This document shows, piece by piece, positions 46,792-57,410 of a DNA stretch of 64,000 bases (the stretch's first letter is position 1; each line of letters begins with the position of its first letter). Made by a program: the position numbers and the translations under genes. Below the pieces are notes generated by a model. That model was not told where the DNA came from, made no database searches, and worked only from the letters and a program-made list of their open reading frames with translations. The stretch lies in NCBI GenBank assembly GCA_030834985.1, contig JAUQWV010000003.1, positions 143,387 to 207,386 on the forward strand, read 5' to 3'. The stretch comes from Candidatus Dojkabacteria bacterium (GTDB lineage: Bacteria; Patescibacteriota; Dojkabacteria; J137).

Positions 46792-47619
46792 ATGCATATT
46801 AGCGATTTTCTACCTAAAAACGGCCTTTTTGACTCTCATTGTCATCTGGAAGGCAATATTGAGCAAGTTATGGGAAAATCTCGACAGCACGGAGTATCTG
46901 GAGTATTTAATGCTGCAATTGATATAAAAACGTCTAAAAATGGGGTTTTGCTAGCCCAAAAGTATCCAGATTATATAAAGACATTTATTGGTATTGATCC
47001 TCAGGTATTTATACCTAACCACGAGTTTTTTTTAGGATTTCATTATTCAGATAATCAGGTGGAAGATTTTAGAAGGCAGCTTGAGGAGATTTATTCTTCT
47101 GCAAAGGAAGCTGTTATAGGAATTGGTGAAACTGGTATGGATTTTTATTGGATAAAAGATTTAGACCAGGAATCCCAACAAAAATCCAAATCTCTGCAGC
47201 TAAAACTTTATGAGGTTCATTTGCAGCTAGCTACCCAACTCAAGCTGCCTTTAACTATCCATTCCAGAAGGGCCGAGAAAGAGTGTTTAGAAGTAATAGT
47301 TAAAAACACCCTTTCTGTAAAAGGAATATTTCATTCCTTTACCGGTAATTATGAGATTGCCAAAGCTATTTTAGATTCCGGAAATGGGTTAGGAGTGAAT
47401 GGAATTATTACTTTCAAAAACGCAAATGACCTAAGAGATGTTTATAAAAAAATAGTAGGCAAGCTAACGGGTGAAGAAAGTCCAGAGTTTTTTTATCAGA
47501 AAGGTATTTTTTTTGAAACCGACTCTCCTTTTTTGGCTCCTGAAGGTAAAAGAGGAGAGACTAATTATCCATATAATGTTAAAGATATCTTCGAATTCTT
47601 CGTGAACTACCTAAAGTAG
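46792..47619 (+). CDS. tatD: TatD-family hydrolase/DNase
   Basis: FDSHCHL, IGETGMD, IHSR, FHSFTG, ETDSPFLAP. Confidence 0.92.
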   Translation: MHISDFLPKNGLFDSHCHLEGNIEQVMGKSRQHGVSGVFNAAIDIKTSKNGVLLAQKYPDYIKTFIGIDPQVFIPNHEFFLGFHYSDNQVEDFRRQLEEIYSSAKEAVIGIGETGMDFYWIKDLDQESQQKSKSLQLKLYEVHLQLATQLKLPLTIHSRRAEKECLEVIVKNTLSVKGIFHSFTGNYEIAKAILDSGNGLGVNGIITFKNANDLRDVYKKIVGKLTGEESPEFFYQKGIFFETDSPFLAPEGKRGETNYPYNVKDIFEFFVNYLK

Positions 47620-47642
47620 CGTAAAATTGTTAAACTCTGTGT

Positions 47643-48818
47643 ATGAGTAAGATTAAGATTGGATATGTAATTCAAAGGTTCCACCCTTTTAAAGGCGGAG
47701 CAGAGCAGAACATGTATGCGCTGGCCTATCGAATGGGCAAACAAGATCACGATGTTACAGTGATAACAACAAATGTAAAGTTTAGAAACGAAAAGCTTCC
47801 ATATCACGAAACTTATAACGGCATGAAGATAGTAAGGAACTGGTCGCTTAATAAACAGCTCTATGCAGGATTCTACCCGGGACTTTTAACATATCTGCTA
47901 CAAAATCAATTTGATGTAATACACGCTTCTGGTATTGGTTTTGCCTGGAGAGAGTTTTGTCTGATTATCAAAAAGATCTTTTCTCGAGGCAAAACCAAAT
48001 TTATCGTTACCCCGCATGGCCCATTTATGGCTGTTAATTACGATACTGGTCTTAGATCTATTGCTAAAAAATCTTATACTGCGATTCTAAGATTATTCAT
48101 TCCTTGGTTATACGATGTTGTAATTGCTGTAAATCCTAAACAAATAGAATGGATGACTAAAGAGTATGGAATTAATCCAGAGAAGATATTTATTGTTCCA
48201 AATGGTATTGATACTAACTATATAGCAGAGAACATATATGAACATTCCAATGAAGAAAAAACAGTAATTACATATATGAATAGACACGAATGGTACAAAG
48301 GAATTCATAATGTAGTTGAAGCAGTCAAAAATATTCGAGATAACAAACTGACTGAAAAAAGATTTGAATTCTGGATTATGGGACGAGCCGGGAATTACAC
48401 TCCAAAACTGACAGAAATGGTGGAAGAGTATAACTTAAAAGATTATGTTAAATTTGTTTTCTCTCCATCAGATGAAGAACGAGACAGAATATTTTACGAA
48501 GAATCTCAAATAAATATTTTGCCAAGCAATTGGGAAGCTACAGGAATCACTTTAATAGAAGCAATGGCCAAAGGAAATGTAATAATAACAACTTACCAAA
48601 ATGAAGTAGCTGAAATTATCATTAAAGAAGGCGAAAACGGCTACATATACAACTACACAGATATTGATAAGCTTACAGAGATATTGGTAAATTTAATTAA
48701 TGATTATGAACTAAGACAAAAAATTAGAGAAAAAAATCTTGAAGAAGCAAAGAATTTTACTTGGGAAGCAATTTTCCCTGAATACTTAACATTAGTTGAG
48801 AATATCATTAGAAAATAA
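47643..48818 (+). CDS. Glycosyltransferase family 4
   Basis: GGAEQ, TPHG, VPNGID, YKG, PSNWEATGITLIEAMA. Confidence 0.9.
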   Translation: MSKIKIGYVIQRFHPFKGGAEQNMYALAYRMGKQDHDVTVITTNVKFRNEKLPYHETYNGMKIVRNWSLNKQLYAGFYPGLLTYLLQNQFDVIHASGIGFAWREFCLIIKKIFSRGKTKFIVTPHGPFMAVNYDTGLRSIAKKSYTAILRLFIPWLYDVVIAVNPKQIEWMTKEYGINPEKIFIVPNGIDTNYIAENIYEHSNEEKTVITYMNRHEWYKGIHNVVEAVKNIRDNKLTEKRFEFWIMGRAGNYTPKLTEMVEEYNLKDYVKFVFSPSDEERDRIFYEESQINILPSNWEATGITLIEAMAKGNVIITTYQNEVAEIIIKEGENGYIYNYTDIDKLTEILVNLINDYELRQKIREKNLEEAKNFTWEAIFPEYLTLVENIIRK

Positions 48819-49522
48819 TGGCTAAACTTATACTTGTTGGGCTCCCTTTAGGCAATATTGAAGACATCACTTTAAGAGTTTTTAATTCTTTATTTACTGC
48901 TAGCTGTATTGCCGCAGAAGATACTAGAAACTATTTAAAAATAAAATCTATAGCTAAAGAACGATTTTCAGATAAATTTCCTGATATTAATTTTGAAAAT
49001 AAGCCTGAACTGATTTCTTATCGGGAAGAAAATCATGAAGCAGCAAGTAAAAGGATTATTGAAAAAATATTGCAAGGTAATGATGTTCATTTAATGAGTG
49101 ATGCTGGAATGCCTGCAATTTCTGATCCAGGATTTAGACTTGTAGAAGAATGCTTAAAACATGGAATAGAAATTGATGTGCTGCCTTCTGCAACAGCAGT
49201 AGATACAGCTTTAGTTTTATCTGGACTGCCAACTGATAAATTCTGCTTTATAGGGTTTTTACCAAGACAAGAGTCAAAAATACTCAAAACTATTGATGCT
49301 GCCAGTGAATTTACTATTATTTATTACGAGTCTCCTTACCGAATACAAAAAACTCTACAGATAATTGCCAAAAAATATCCTAATGCGCAAGTTGCTCTAT
49401 GCAACGATCTTACTAAAAAGTTTCAAAAAATTATTAGAGGCAATGTAGTAGAAACGGTAGAACGGTTAAAAGATAACAAAATCCAAGGTGAATGGGTAGG
49501 TGTTCTTAGGGTAAACCGTTAA
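48818..49522 (+). CDS. rsmI: 16S rRNA (cytidine1402-2'-O)-methyltransferase
   Basis: PLGNIEDITLR, AEDTR, SDAGMPAISDPG, YESPYR, LTKKF. Confidence 0.93.
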   Translation: MAKLILVGLPLGNIEDITLRVFNSLFTASCIAAEDTRNYLKIKSIAKERFSDKFPDINFENKPELISYREENHEAASKRIIEKILQGNDVHLMSDAGMPAISDPGFRLVEECLKHGIEIDVLPSATAVDTALVLSGLPTDKFCFIGFLPRQESKILKTIDAASEFTIIYYESPYRIQKTLQIIAKKYPNAQVALCNDLTKKFQKIIRGNVVETVERLKDNKIQGEWVGVLRVNR

Positions 49523-51020
49523 ATCTGTAATTTAAAGCTTCTAAAATATCAGTTTCTTCCACTTTATCTTTTTTGCTTAAATCTGCAATTGTTCTAGCTA
49601 CTTTTAGAATCTTGTAATAACTTCTGGCTGTTAAGTTAAATTTTAGATTTGCTGCTTTTAATAATTTTGTACTTTCATTTGATATCTGCACATATTTATT
49701 TATATCTTTTGGTTGCATTTGAGTGTTTGTATGGAATTGCATATTCTTAAATCTTTCTTTTTGTATCTCACGTGCATAAGTTACCCGTTCAAGTATTAAG
49801 TTTGAACTTTCTGACCGTTTGTAATTAGTTAGATTTTCAATAGGAACTTTATTGACCCATACCTGCAAATCAAATCTATCTAATATTGGACCAGAAATCC
49901 TTTTTTTGTATTGCAACTGCTGCAAAGGTGAACAGATGCATTCTTTATCTGGATCTCCTTTATATCCGCATTTACACGGATTCATAGAAGCTAAAAGAAT
50001 AAAGTTTGCAGGATACTTTGTAGTACCGCTTGCTCTAGAAATAGTAATAACTTTATCCTCTAATGGCTGCCGTAAAACTTCTATTGATCTTGAATTAAAT
50101 TCCGGTAGTTCGTCTAAAAATAAGACGCCATTATGTGCAAGAGTGACTTCACCTGGTTTTAAATTAGAACCACCACCCACTAATCCTATATAAGAAATTG
50201 TATGGTGTGGCTGCCTGAATGGGCTTTGATTTATATATGGATTTTCTTTGTTTAGCAGGCCAGCCACACTATAAATCCTTGTAACTTCTAAAGAGTGCTG
50301 CTCCGAAAGCTCCGGCAAAATAGTTTTAAATGTTTTAGCTAGTAACGTCTTGCCGGAGCCTGGTGGGCCATTCAATAAACAGTTATGTGCGCCAGCTGCT
50401 GCAATTTCTAAAGCTCTTTTGGCAACCAGTTGTCCTTGAATATTACAAAAGTCTAATGCATCATCTAGTAATTTTTTCTTTGGTGCGGAATCTCGATTAT
50501 AAGTCTTTATTAATTTACCGTTAAAATGTTTATGAATATCTTTTAATTTATTAACTGGGAATATATTTATATCTTTAATTAAGGAGGCTTCTTTTGCATT
50601 ATCAGTAGGTAAGAATACTTCGGTAAAACCTTTCTGCTTGGCCTCAGCAACGATCGGAAGCACTGCATTCACCGGCTTTAAATCTCCATTCAAAGATAAT
50701 TCACCTATAAATAATTTCTTATTCGGATTAATTTGTAATTGCTCAGATGCTAATAGATATCCAACTGCTAGTGGTAAGTCAAAGCTGGAGCCTGATTTAT
50801 AAACTTCCGCTGGCGCAAGATTAATAATAATTTGCATTGGTACAAAAGAAAAACCGGAGTTTTTAATTGCAGATGGTAATCTTTCTTTTGCCTCTTGAAT
50901 TGATTTATCAGCTAGACCAACAATAGCAAAAAAGTTTGTTCCTCGACGATAATCAACTTCTACATCTACAATCTGTACATCAAGTCCTTTAATAGAAGCT
51001 GTAAAAAGCTTTGAGAGCAT
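49506..51020 (-). CDS. comM: YifB/ComM Mg-chelatase-like AAA+ ATPase
   Basis: NLAPA, GPPGSGKT, PGEVTLAHNGVLFLDELPEF, MNPCKCG, ISGPILDRFD. Confidence 0.93.
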   Translation of the reverse strand: MLSKLFTASIKGLDVQIVDVEVDYRRGTNFFAIVGLADKSIQEAKERLPSAIKNSGFSFVPMQIIINLAPAEVYKSGSSFDLPLAVGYLLASEQLQINPNKKLFIGELSLNGDLKPVNAVLPIVAEAKQKGFTEVFLPTDNAKEASLIKDINIFPVNKLKDIHKHFNGKLIKTYNRDSAPKKKLLDDALDFCNIQGQLVAKRALEIAAAGAHNCLLNGPPGSGKTLLAKTFKTILPELSEQHSLEVTRIYSVAGLLNKENPYINQSPFRQPHHTISYIGLVGGGSNLKPGEVTLAHNGVLFLDELPEFNSRSIEVLRQPLEDKVITISRASGTTKYPANFILLASMNPCKCGYKGDPDKECICSPLQQLQYKKRISGPILDRFDLQVWVNKVPIENLTNYKRSESSNLILERVTYAREIQKERFKNMQFHTNTQMQPKDINKYVQISNESTKLLKAANLKFNLTARSYYKILKVARTIADLSKKDKVEETDILEALNYRFNGLP

Positions 51021-51086
51021 AGTTAATATATTAATATGCTCAGATTTTAGAATAAGAGTTTTACAAAAGTATTACAAATGAAGCTG

Positions 51087-52283
51087 TTAAAAAGTCAATG
51101 AAGGATCTCTGTCTAGTTTCTCAAAATCTTTAAGCCAGATTCCACTTACGGGATCGTGAGCTAAATTAGTTAATCCTATTTTTGCAATTTTATAATTTGC
51201 AGCTAACGCTATCATTGCGGCGTTATCGCCTGTTAGTTTTTTTGTATAAGGGTAGAGCAAGTCTGCGCCAAAAGCTTTGGCTACTTTTCTTAATTCACTT
51301 CGCAGCCTTGCGGATGCGATAACGCCGCCACCAAGCCATACTTGTTCAATTTGATTTTCTTTTAACGCTTTAGCAAGTTTTATTTTTAGCTGTTCAATTG
51401 CAGCTGCTTCAAATAAAACACAAAATGCAACTATCTGTTCTTTAGATAAGCTACTTTCACCCTGAACCTCTTTTTGATGTGTAAGCTTATTTCCTGATAA
51501 TCCTTCTACTAATTGCTTAAATGCAGTTTTTAAACCTGAGTAGCTGAAATTTAAATCTCCTGAACGAGCCATTGCTACTGGTAATTCAAAAACCTCACCT
51601 GTACTTTTATTTGTACAAATAGCTTTAGTTGATAAATTATCTTTTACTGTTTTTAATTCAAAGTTTTTTCTATTTTCTTTTGCAATTTTAGAAATTACTG
51701 GTCCTGCAGGATAACCAAAACCTAAAATTCTTCCGCACTTATCGTAAGCTTCGCCACAAGAATCATCTAAAGTTTCTCCTAACTTTAAGTAGCTACCAAA
51801 ATCTCTAACTAAGATTAACTCTGTATGTCCACCAGAGATTAAAAAACCGAGTGCTGGGAATTTAGGTATATATGATTTACTACTTTTTTTAGAATTAGGA
51901 ACTGCTAAAGATGAAAGTAGGTGCCCTTCCATATGATTAATAGCTATTAAAGGTTTTTTATACCTTACAGCAAGTTCTTTAGCTTTCTTTAAACCAATCT
52001 CTAAAGCAATTGCTAATCCTGGACCATATGTTACTGCTATTAAGTCTATTTGATCCATAGACACACCTGATCTTTTTAACGCTTGATCAACTACATTATT
52101 AATACGCTCTGAATGTGCTAGCTTAGCTAAGGAAGGAACCACGCCGCCAAATTTAGAATGATATTCCATTTGTGAAGGCAGTTCGTTTGCTAAAATTTGG
52201 CGGCCAGAAACCACCGAAACAGAAGTCTCGTCGCATGAGGTATCAATCGCTAATGTTGTTATATCTTCAAGATTTTGCATCAA
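51087..52283 (-). CDS. tsaD: tRNA N6-threonylcarbamoyltransferase TsaD
   Basis: IDTSCDETS, GGVVP, HMEGH, SGGHT, DDSCGEAYDK, FSYSGLKT, DNAAMIA. Confidence 0.95.
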   Translation of the reverse strand: MMQNLEDITTLAIDTSCDETSVSVVSGRQILANELPSQMEYHSKFGGVVPSLAKLAHSERINNVVDQALKRSGVSMDQIDLIAVTYGPGLAIALEIGLKKAKELAVRYKKPLIAINHMEGHLLSSLAVPNSKKSSKSYIPKFPALGFLISGGHTELILVRDFGSYLKLGETLDDSCGEAYDKCGRILGFGYPAGPVISKIAKENRKNFELKTVKDNLSTKAICTNKSTGEVFELPVAMARSGDLNFSYSGLKTAFKQLVEGLSGNKLTHQKEVQGESSLSKEQIVAFCVLFEAAAIEQLKIKLAKALKENQIEQVWLGGGVIASARLRSELRKVAKAFGADLLYPYTKKLTGDNAAMIALAANYKIAKIGLTNLAHDPVSGIWLKDFEKLDRDPSLTF

Positions 52284-52302
52284 TGGATTATACCCTATAA
52301 CA

Positions 52303-52800
52303 TCAACTTAGGCCTAGTGCCTCGATGATATCTTCTACGTAGTTGTAGCTGTGATGGCCTGCCTCTTTTAATATCAGTTCATACTCAAGTCCAGAAAGTA
52401 AATCTTCTACTGCTTGAATATCGCCATGAGGGTCTTTATCGTTATGGATAACGACAAAATGCTCTAAATTACTCAAATTTGTGTAAGCAGCTAGTTCTTC
52501 AGGATTCAAGTCTTTTGCAGGAATTCCTAGTAGAACTAGCCTATTAACAGTTGTATCTTTTAACATTAAAGAAGCAATATATGTACCAATTGATTTACCA
52601 ACAATGTTTAATTCACTAGGATTTCGTATATGTTGCTTTATCAAATCAATTTCTACCTCTGGATCAAATTTAGTATCAGGACTATCCCAATGACGCCACA
52701 TATGAAGATGCACCTGTTCACCTTTTTCTCTTAAAGCTGATGCTATGCTTTCAGCTTCTTCTTTATTTTTTATTGAAAAGCCCGGTAGAATTAAAATCAT
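52303..52800 (-). CDS. Small alpha/beta hydrolase
   Basis: GKSIG nucleophile elbow; DKDP and GHHSY candidate acid/His. Confidence 0.7.
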   Translation of the reverse strand: MILILPGFSIKNKEEAESIASALREKGEQVHLHMWRHWDSPDTKFDPEVEIDLIKQHIRNPSELNIVGKSIGTYIASLMLKDTTVNRLVLLGIPAKDLNPEELAAYTNLSNLEHFVVIHNDKDPHGDIQAVEDLLSGLEYELILKEAGHHSYNYVEDIIEALGLS

Positions 52801-52801
52801 A

Positions 52802-53407
52802 TTATGTCGTTATAAAATGACCATTTACTTTATCCCAGTTTATAGCATTCCAAAATGCTTCAATATATTCCGGTCTTCTATTTTGATAATTCAGATAATA
52901 AGCATGCTCCCACACATCCAAACCAAGAACTGGTCTTTTACCTTCCATAATAGGGGAGTCTTGATTTGCAGTACTCCAAACTTCTAGTTTGCCGCTATCA
53001 TCGATTGTAAGCCAAGCCCAACCACTCCCAAATCTTTTTGTTGCTGCTTCTGTAAATAGCTTTTTGAATTCTTCAAAGCTGCCAAAAACACCATTTATAC
53101 CATCCTGTAATTCACCTGATGGTGTTTTAGCTCCATCAGTTCCTAAAATATTCCAAAAGAATGAGTGGTTATAGTGACCGCCACCATTATTAATGACTGC
53201 TTGACGAATATCTTCCGGTAAAGAGTTTGCACCTTTTAAAAGTTCTTCTACAGATTTAGACTGCAGATCCGGATGCTTTTCTAATGCGGCATTAAGATTA
53301 TTAACATAAGCTTGATGATGCTTAGTATAATGAATTTCCATTGTTTTAGCATCTATGTAAGGTTCTAGTGCGTTATATTCGAATGGGAGTTGAGGGAGTT
53401 CGTGCAT
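52802..53407 (-). CDS. sodA: Superoxide dismutase (Mn/Fe)
   Basis: [31 protein letters not shown]. Confidence 0.96.
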   Translation of the reverse strand: MHELPQLPFEYNALEPYIDAKTMEIHYTKHHQAYVNNLNAALEKHPDLQSKSVEELLKGANSLPEDIRQAVINNGGGHYNHSFFWNILGTDGAKTPSGELQDGINGVFGSFEEFKKLFTEAATKRFGSGWAWLTIDDSGKLEVWSTANQDSPIMEGKRPVLGLDVWEHAYYLNYQNRRPEYIEAFWNAINWDKVNGHFITT

Positions 53408-53484
53408 AGTAGTTTACTAAAATGTAGTATCCTAAAAAGTATATCATAGTAAAAGTTCAAAATCGAACAAGTTAATTACTCGAA

Positions 53485-54357
53485 ATGAATACAATTATTA
53501 GACAGCAAAAGTTCATGAATACAACTATTACTTTTAAAGTTGTACAAGATGATGAACCCACAATTGAAATATTAGATGCAATAGAGGCTGGTTTTGGCGA
53601 GTTTGATCGTATTGTTAAAACCTATACACGATTTGCCGAAACCAGCGAATTATCTAATTTAAATAGGCAGTCTGAACGGTGGATAAATATCTCAGAAGAA
53701 TTTTGCTACTTAATAAAATATATGCTTTCTATGGCAGAAGCTACTGATGGTGCATTTGACCCTACTGTTATAGATTTTTTAGAGGTGTACGGTTATGATA
53801 AAAATTACGAATTTTCAAAGCTTGATAAACCAGAGCTCGATAGTTTAGTAAAAAAGTTAGTTGCTGAGCGGCCATCCTGGGAAGAGATTGAGCTTGATGA
53901 AAAAAACTTAAAAGTAAAGCTTGCTAAACATCAGCGGCTTGATCTAGGAGGTATTGGAAAAGGATACGCAATAGATTGTGCTTACAATAAATTAAATGTT
54001 TTCAATAATTTTTTAATTGATGCAGGAGGTGATATTAGAGCTAAAGGGAAGAATGATATTGATGAATTATGGACAATAGATTTATTAAATGAAAATACAA
54101 AAGGTGAAAAAGAGGTTGTAGGGCAGGTTCAATTAGATAATGAGTCGGTTGCTAGCTCCGGTTCGTGGGCAAGAAAGTTTAAGCAATTCCACCATCTAAT
54201 TAACCCACGAACCGGAGCTCCTATGAACAAATATAAAACTGTATTTGTTCAAGCACCAACAGGATTAGAATCCGATTCCTGGGCAACAGCTCTTTTTATA
54301 GGAGGGAAAGACGTAATAAGTAAAATGCCACAAGATTTTAAATATTTTTTAATCTAA
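53485..54357 (+). CDS. apbE: FAD:protein FMN transferase
   Basis: SELSNLN, TDGAFDPTV, LDLGGIGKGYAID, AGGD, ASSG, HLINPRTG, DSWATA. Confidence 0.92.
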   Translation: MNTIIRQQKFMNTTITFKVVQDDEPTIEILDAIEAGFGEFDRIVKTYTRFAETSELSNLNRQSERWINISEEFCYLIKYMLSMAEATDGAFDPTVIDFLEVYGYDKNYEFSKLDKPELDSLVKKLVAERPSWEEIELDEKNLKVKLAKHQRLDLGGIGKGYAIDCAYNKLNVFNNFLIDAGGDIRAKGKNDIDELWTIDLLNENTKGEKEVVGQVQLDNESVASSGSWARKFKQFHHLINPRTGAPMNKYKTVFVQAPTGLESDSWATALFIGGKDVISKMPQDFKYFLI

Positions 54358-55003
54358 AGCCAGATTTAAAAACAGTTTCTATTATATTTTCATCACCGTA
54401 CGTCTTAAGTTTGTTCCTAACTCTGCTTATCAATGTATCTACTGCACCAGGAGTGTCATCATCATCAAGCACTTTGTGTAATATTTCTTCACGGCTAAAA
54501 ATTCTGCCAGGATGTTTGCAAAACAAATAGAGTAGATTGAATTCACTAAATGTTAAGATTATCTCTTTTTTCCCTTTTAAAAAAAGTCTACAAGAAGGGT
54601 CTAAATATAAATCACCAATCTTCAGTACAGAACTATTCTCCTTTTGCCTTATCAGTGAGGTTATTTGGGCTTCTAGAATTTGATAGTTAATAGGTTTTTT
54701 ATGCAAAATACTAACTCCTGATTTGTAACTTTCGATCTCATCGTATTCTGTGCAAGCATCAGCCAGTAAAATAACAGGAGAATCATATTTATCTTTAAAT
54801 CTTCTTAATACAGTAATTCCATTAAATTTAGGGAGTGTTAAATCAACTAGTACCAAATCAAATAGTTCCTGCTTAAGAGTTTTAATAGCAGATTCGCCAT
54901 CAAAACAGCTCTTTATTGAGTAATTCTTGTTTTCTAAAAATCTTTGAATAAAAAAGTGGGTGCTGCGATCATCTTCTGCCAGCAAGATTTTAGCTTTCTC
55001 CAT
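54338..55003 (-). CDS. OmpR/PhoB-family response regulator (orphan)
   Basis: ILLAEDD, DLVLVDLTLP, KKP; wHTH LTFSEF...VDTLISRVRNKL...IETVFKSGF. Confidence 0.88.
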   Translation of the reverse strand: MEKAKILLAEDDRSTHFFIQRFLENKNYSIKSCFDGESAIKTLKQELFDLVLVDLTLPKFNGITVLRRFKDKYDSPVILLADACTEYDEIESYKSGVSILHKKPINYQILEAQITSLIRQKENSSVLKIGDLYLDPSCRLFLKGKKEIILTFSEFNLLYLFCKHPGRIFSREEILHKVLDDDDTPGAVDTLISRVRNKLKTYGDENIIETVFKSGFRLKNI

Positions 55004-55077
55004 AAAAAGAATTTAAAAAGTTTGCTGGAGTTTATTAGTTGGAGAAAGCTATTGAAAATGCATTTCAATACAAATTA

Positions 55078-55629
55078 TTACTTTGCGTTATCCTTTTTTA
55101 CTTCGTCTACAACTTTTCTGTTGAACTCAATCACTTTACCTACACCAAGTTTAAGATGCTGCTTAACGTATACAAAGAAGAGGATTTCTATTGCAAGAAT
55201 AAAAATATCTACGAAGATAATTGTCTGAATCTCAATGCCATAGAGTTTTAAATATATAGTTAAGCCAAGTGCTACACAAACTAAGAAACCTCTTCGCACA
55301 GCATCAAATAAAGAAGCTTTTTCGTAAAAGTTTTTAAAGAAGAATTTATCTATAACTAAATGAACGGCAACAAAAAGAGAAAATATTGCTGCTAATAATA
55401 TTCCTGCTGCAATATAAGCATTATTAGATAAATAATTTAATATTTGATTCTTTTCAATTAAAACATCTATTGCATCGTTTAAACTTTCCCAATCACCTGG
55501 CTGAATATTATTTGCTTCAACTAAATGCTGAAGCTGAACAATATTGTACGGTGGAAAATTCTCAAAAAAATATCTTGCAATTAACAGCAAAAATATTCCT
55601 AAAGATAAGAAAATACCTACACGCTTCAT
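55078..55629 (-). CDS. Hypothetical membrane protein
   Basis: Four TM segments. Confidence 0.6.
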   Translation of the reverse strand: MKRVGIFLSLGIFLLLIARYFFENFPPYNIVQLQHLVEANNIQPGDWESLNDAIDVLIEKNQILNYLSNNAYIAAGILLAAIFSLFVAVHLVIDKFFFKNFYEKASLFDAVRRGFLVCVALGLTIYLKLYGIEIQTIIFVDIFILAIEILFFVYVKQHLKLGVGKVIEFNRKVVDEVKKDNAK

Positions 55630-55677
55630 ATTTTTAAATTTTGTTATACTTGAAGTATGTAATATTAAACAAGCCTC

Positions 55678-56466
55678 ATGGATAATGATACACCAAAAAA
55701 GAGAGCTTCAATTAAGGATGTACTTAGTTCTCCTTCTCAAGTAAATGAGATAAAAGAAGAAGGGCCTAAAGAAGTCGTTAAAGAAAGAGTTATAGTCCAA
55801 TATCGCGATAAACCACGAGGATATCTTAATGGATGTGGGTGTGGATGCAGATCTTTGGGTTGTGGTCTATTTTTAATTATTCTATTAATTGTTGCAGGTT
55901 TTGTTTATATCTTTGCAGAAAAACCAGCCTTTATTTGGAGTACCGTTGTGAGTTATTTAAACGCAGAAGAAAGGGCTCCTGAGTATGAAGAAGAGAACCT
56001 TGAATCATTACAGCAAAATATAAATTCCCAAGTTAATACTATTGGCAATGTTCAAATTGTTTTAACAGAAAATCAAGTTACAACACTTGTTAGAAATAAA
56101 GTAACTCAACTCAAGGATGTTACAGTAAAGCTTGAAGATGAGACTGTAAAGTTTTATTGGCATTTAGACGATTCGCTGCCAAGTAAACCACTCTTAGGCA
56201 TTATAAAGCTAAGCTACAATCAAGAAGGTAAGCTTATTCTATCTGAAGTTGGAACAGGCAAAGTAAAATTGCCTAATGCATTAAATGGGCTAGTTACTCA
56301 CACCGTTTATTCTGCACTTAATTTAACAGGTGATGCAAATAATCTATCTGAAACGTTTATAAAAGGAATTTTTCAGTCTGAAAACCTAAGTATTAAATCT
56401 ATTAATTTTGAAGAAGGTACTGTTAAAATCGAAGCAAATATTACAGTGAACTTGTTTGAACAATGA
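55678..56466 (+). CDS. Hypothetical membrane-anchored protein with a Cys/Gly-rich juxtamembrane motif
   Basis: GCGCGCRSLGCG immediately before a single TM; overlaps the holA start. Confidence 0.6.
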   Translation: MDNDTPKKRASIKDVLSSPSQVNEIKEEGPKEVVKERVIVQYRDKPRGYLNGCGCGCRSLGCGLFLIILLIVAGFVYIFAEKPAFIWSTVVSYLNAEERAPEYEEENLESLQQNINSQVNTIGNVQIVLTENQVTTLVRNKVTQLKDVTVKLEDETVKFYWHLDDSLPSKPLLGIIKLSYNQEGKLILSEVGTGKVKLPNALNGLVTHTVYSALNLTGDANNLSETFIKGIFQSENLSIKSINFEEGTVKIEANITVNLFEQ

Positions 56467-57386
56467 TCTATCTCTTTGCTGGTGAGGACCAATACGAAAG
56501 CTATGGCCGAGCTTTACTAACTGCCCAAAATCTAGCTTCAAAGTCGGACTCATCTATAAATGTTGTTAATGCAGATGAAATTTCTGACATAAACTATATT
56601 CTTCAGCTGTTGGAAGGTGTTGATATGTTCAGTTCAACAGGTGTTCTGGTTCTAAAAAGGTTTTTAAATAACAAGAAGTTTGTTGAATATTTTTTTGAGA
56701 ACTTTAACAAATTAAACGAATTTGAGATTGTTATATGGCAAGACTCAAAAGCAGATACACGCTTAAAGTTTGTTAAAGCAGTTCAGACAAAAAAGTTACT
56801 GTTTAACTATGATCTGCCAAAAGATGGTGAAATGAAAAATTGGATAAGCCTAAAAACTAAAGAACTATCGATTCCACTGACACCTGCCCAAATAACATTT
56901 CTTTTTGAAAGAATTCAATTTAATAAATTTGCCGTTATTAACGAGCTTCAAAAGTTATCAACTTATATAAAGGCTAAAAGCTTGAAGAGAATAGAGGATA
57001 GTGTACTAGAAGATATTTTAGGTTTAAGTATTAAAGGCGATATGTGGCGATTCTTAGACTATATTGGAGCAAAGAATAAGAATAAAGCCATTATAGAATT
57101 CAGTAAATTAACAAAGTACGAAGAAAATACACAGCTTCTAATAAGTATGATAGATCGCGAAATCAGATTGATGCTTCAGTATAAATATGCAAAAGCAAAT
57201 GGGCACGATACTTCAGAACTTAAGCTTACACCTTTTATACTAAAAAAAGTAGCAGATAAAGCAAGAAACTTTTCGGAGAATGAACTAAAAGAGCTTCTAA
57301 AAAAACTGTTTATTACAGATCTCAAAATTAAGTCTGGTTTAGTAGATGAAAAAACCGCAATGCTGGTTTATTTAGCAGAATTGTAA
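56463..57386 (+). CDS. holA: DNA polymerase III delta subunit
   Basis: MIYLFAGED, DMFS, NELQKL, DLKIKSG. Confidence 0.85.
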   Translation: MIYLFAGEDQYESYGRALLTAQNLASKSDSSINVVNADEISDINYILQLLEGVDMFSSTGVLVLKRFLNNKKFVEYFFENFNKLNEFEIVIWQDSKADTRLKFVKAVQTKKLLFNYDLPKDGEMKNWISLKTKELSIPLTPAQITFLFERIQFNKFAVINELQKLSTYIKAKSLKRIEDSVLEDILGLSIKGDMWRFLDYIGAKNKNKAIIEFSKLTKYEENTQLLISMIDREIRLMLQYKYAKANGHDTSELKLTPFILKKVADKARNFSENELKELLKKLFITDLKIKSGLVDEKTAMLVYLAEL

Positions 57387-57410
57387 GCACAAATAATGTA
57401 AAATATTATT

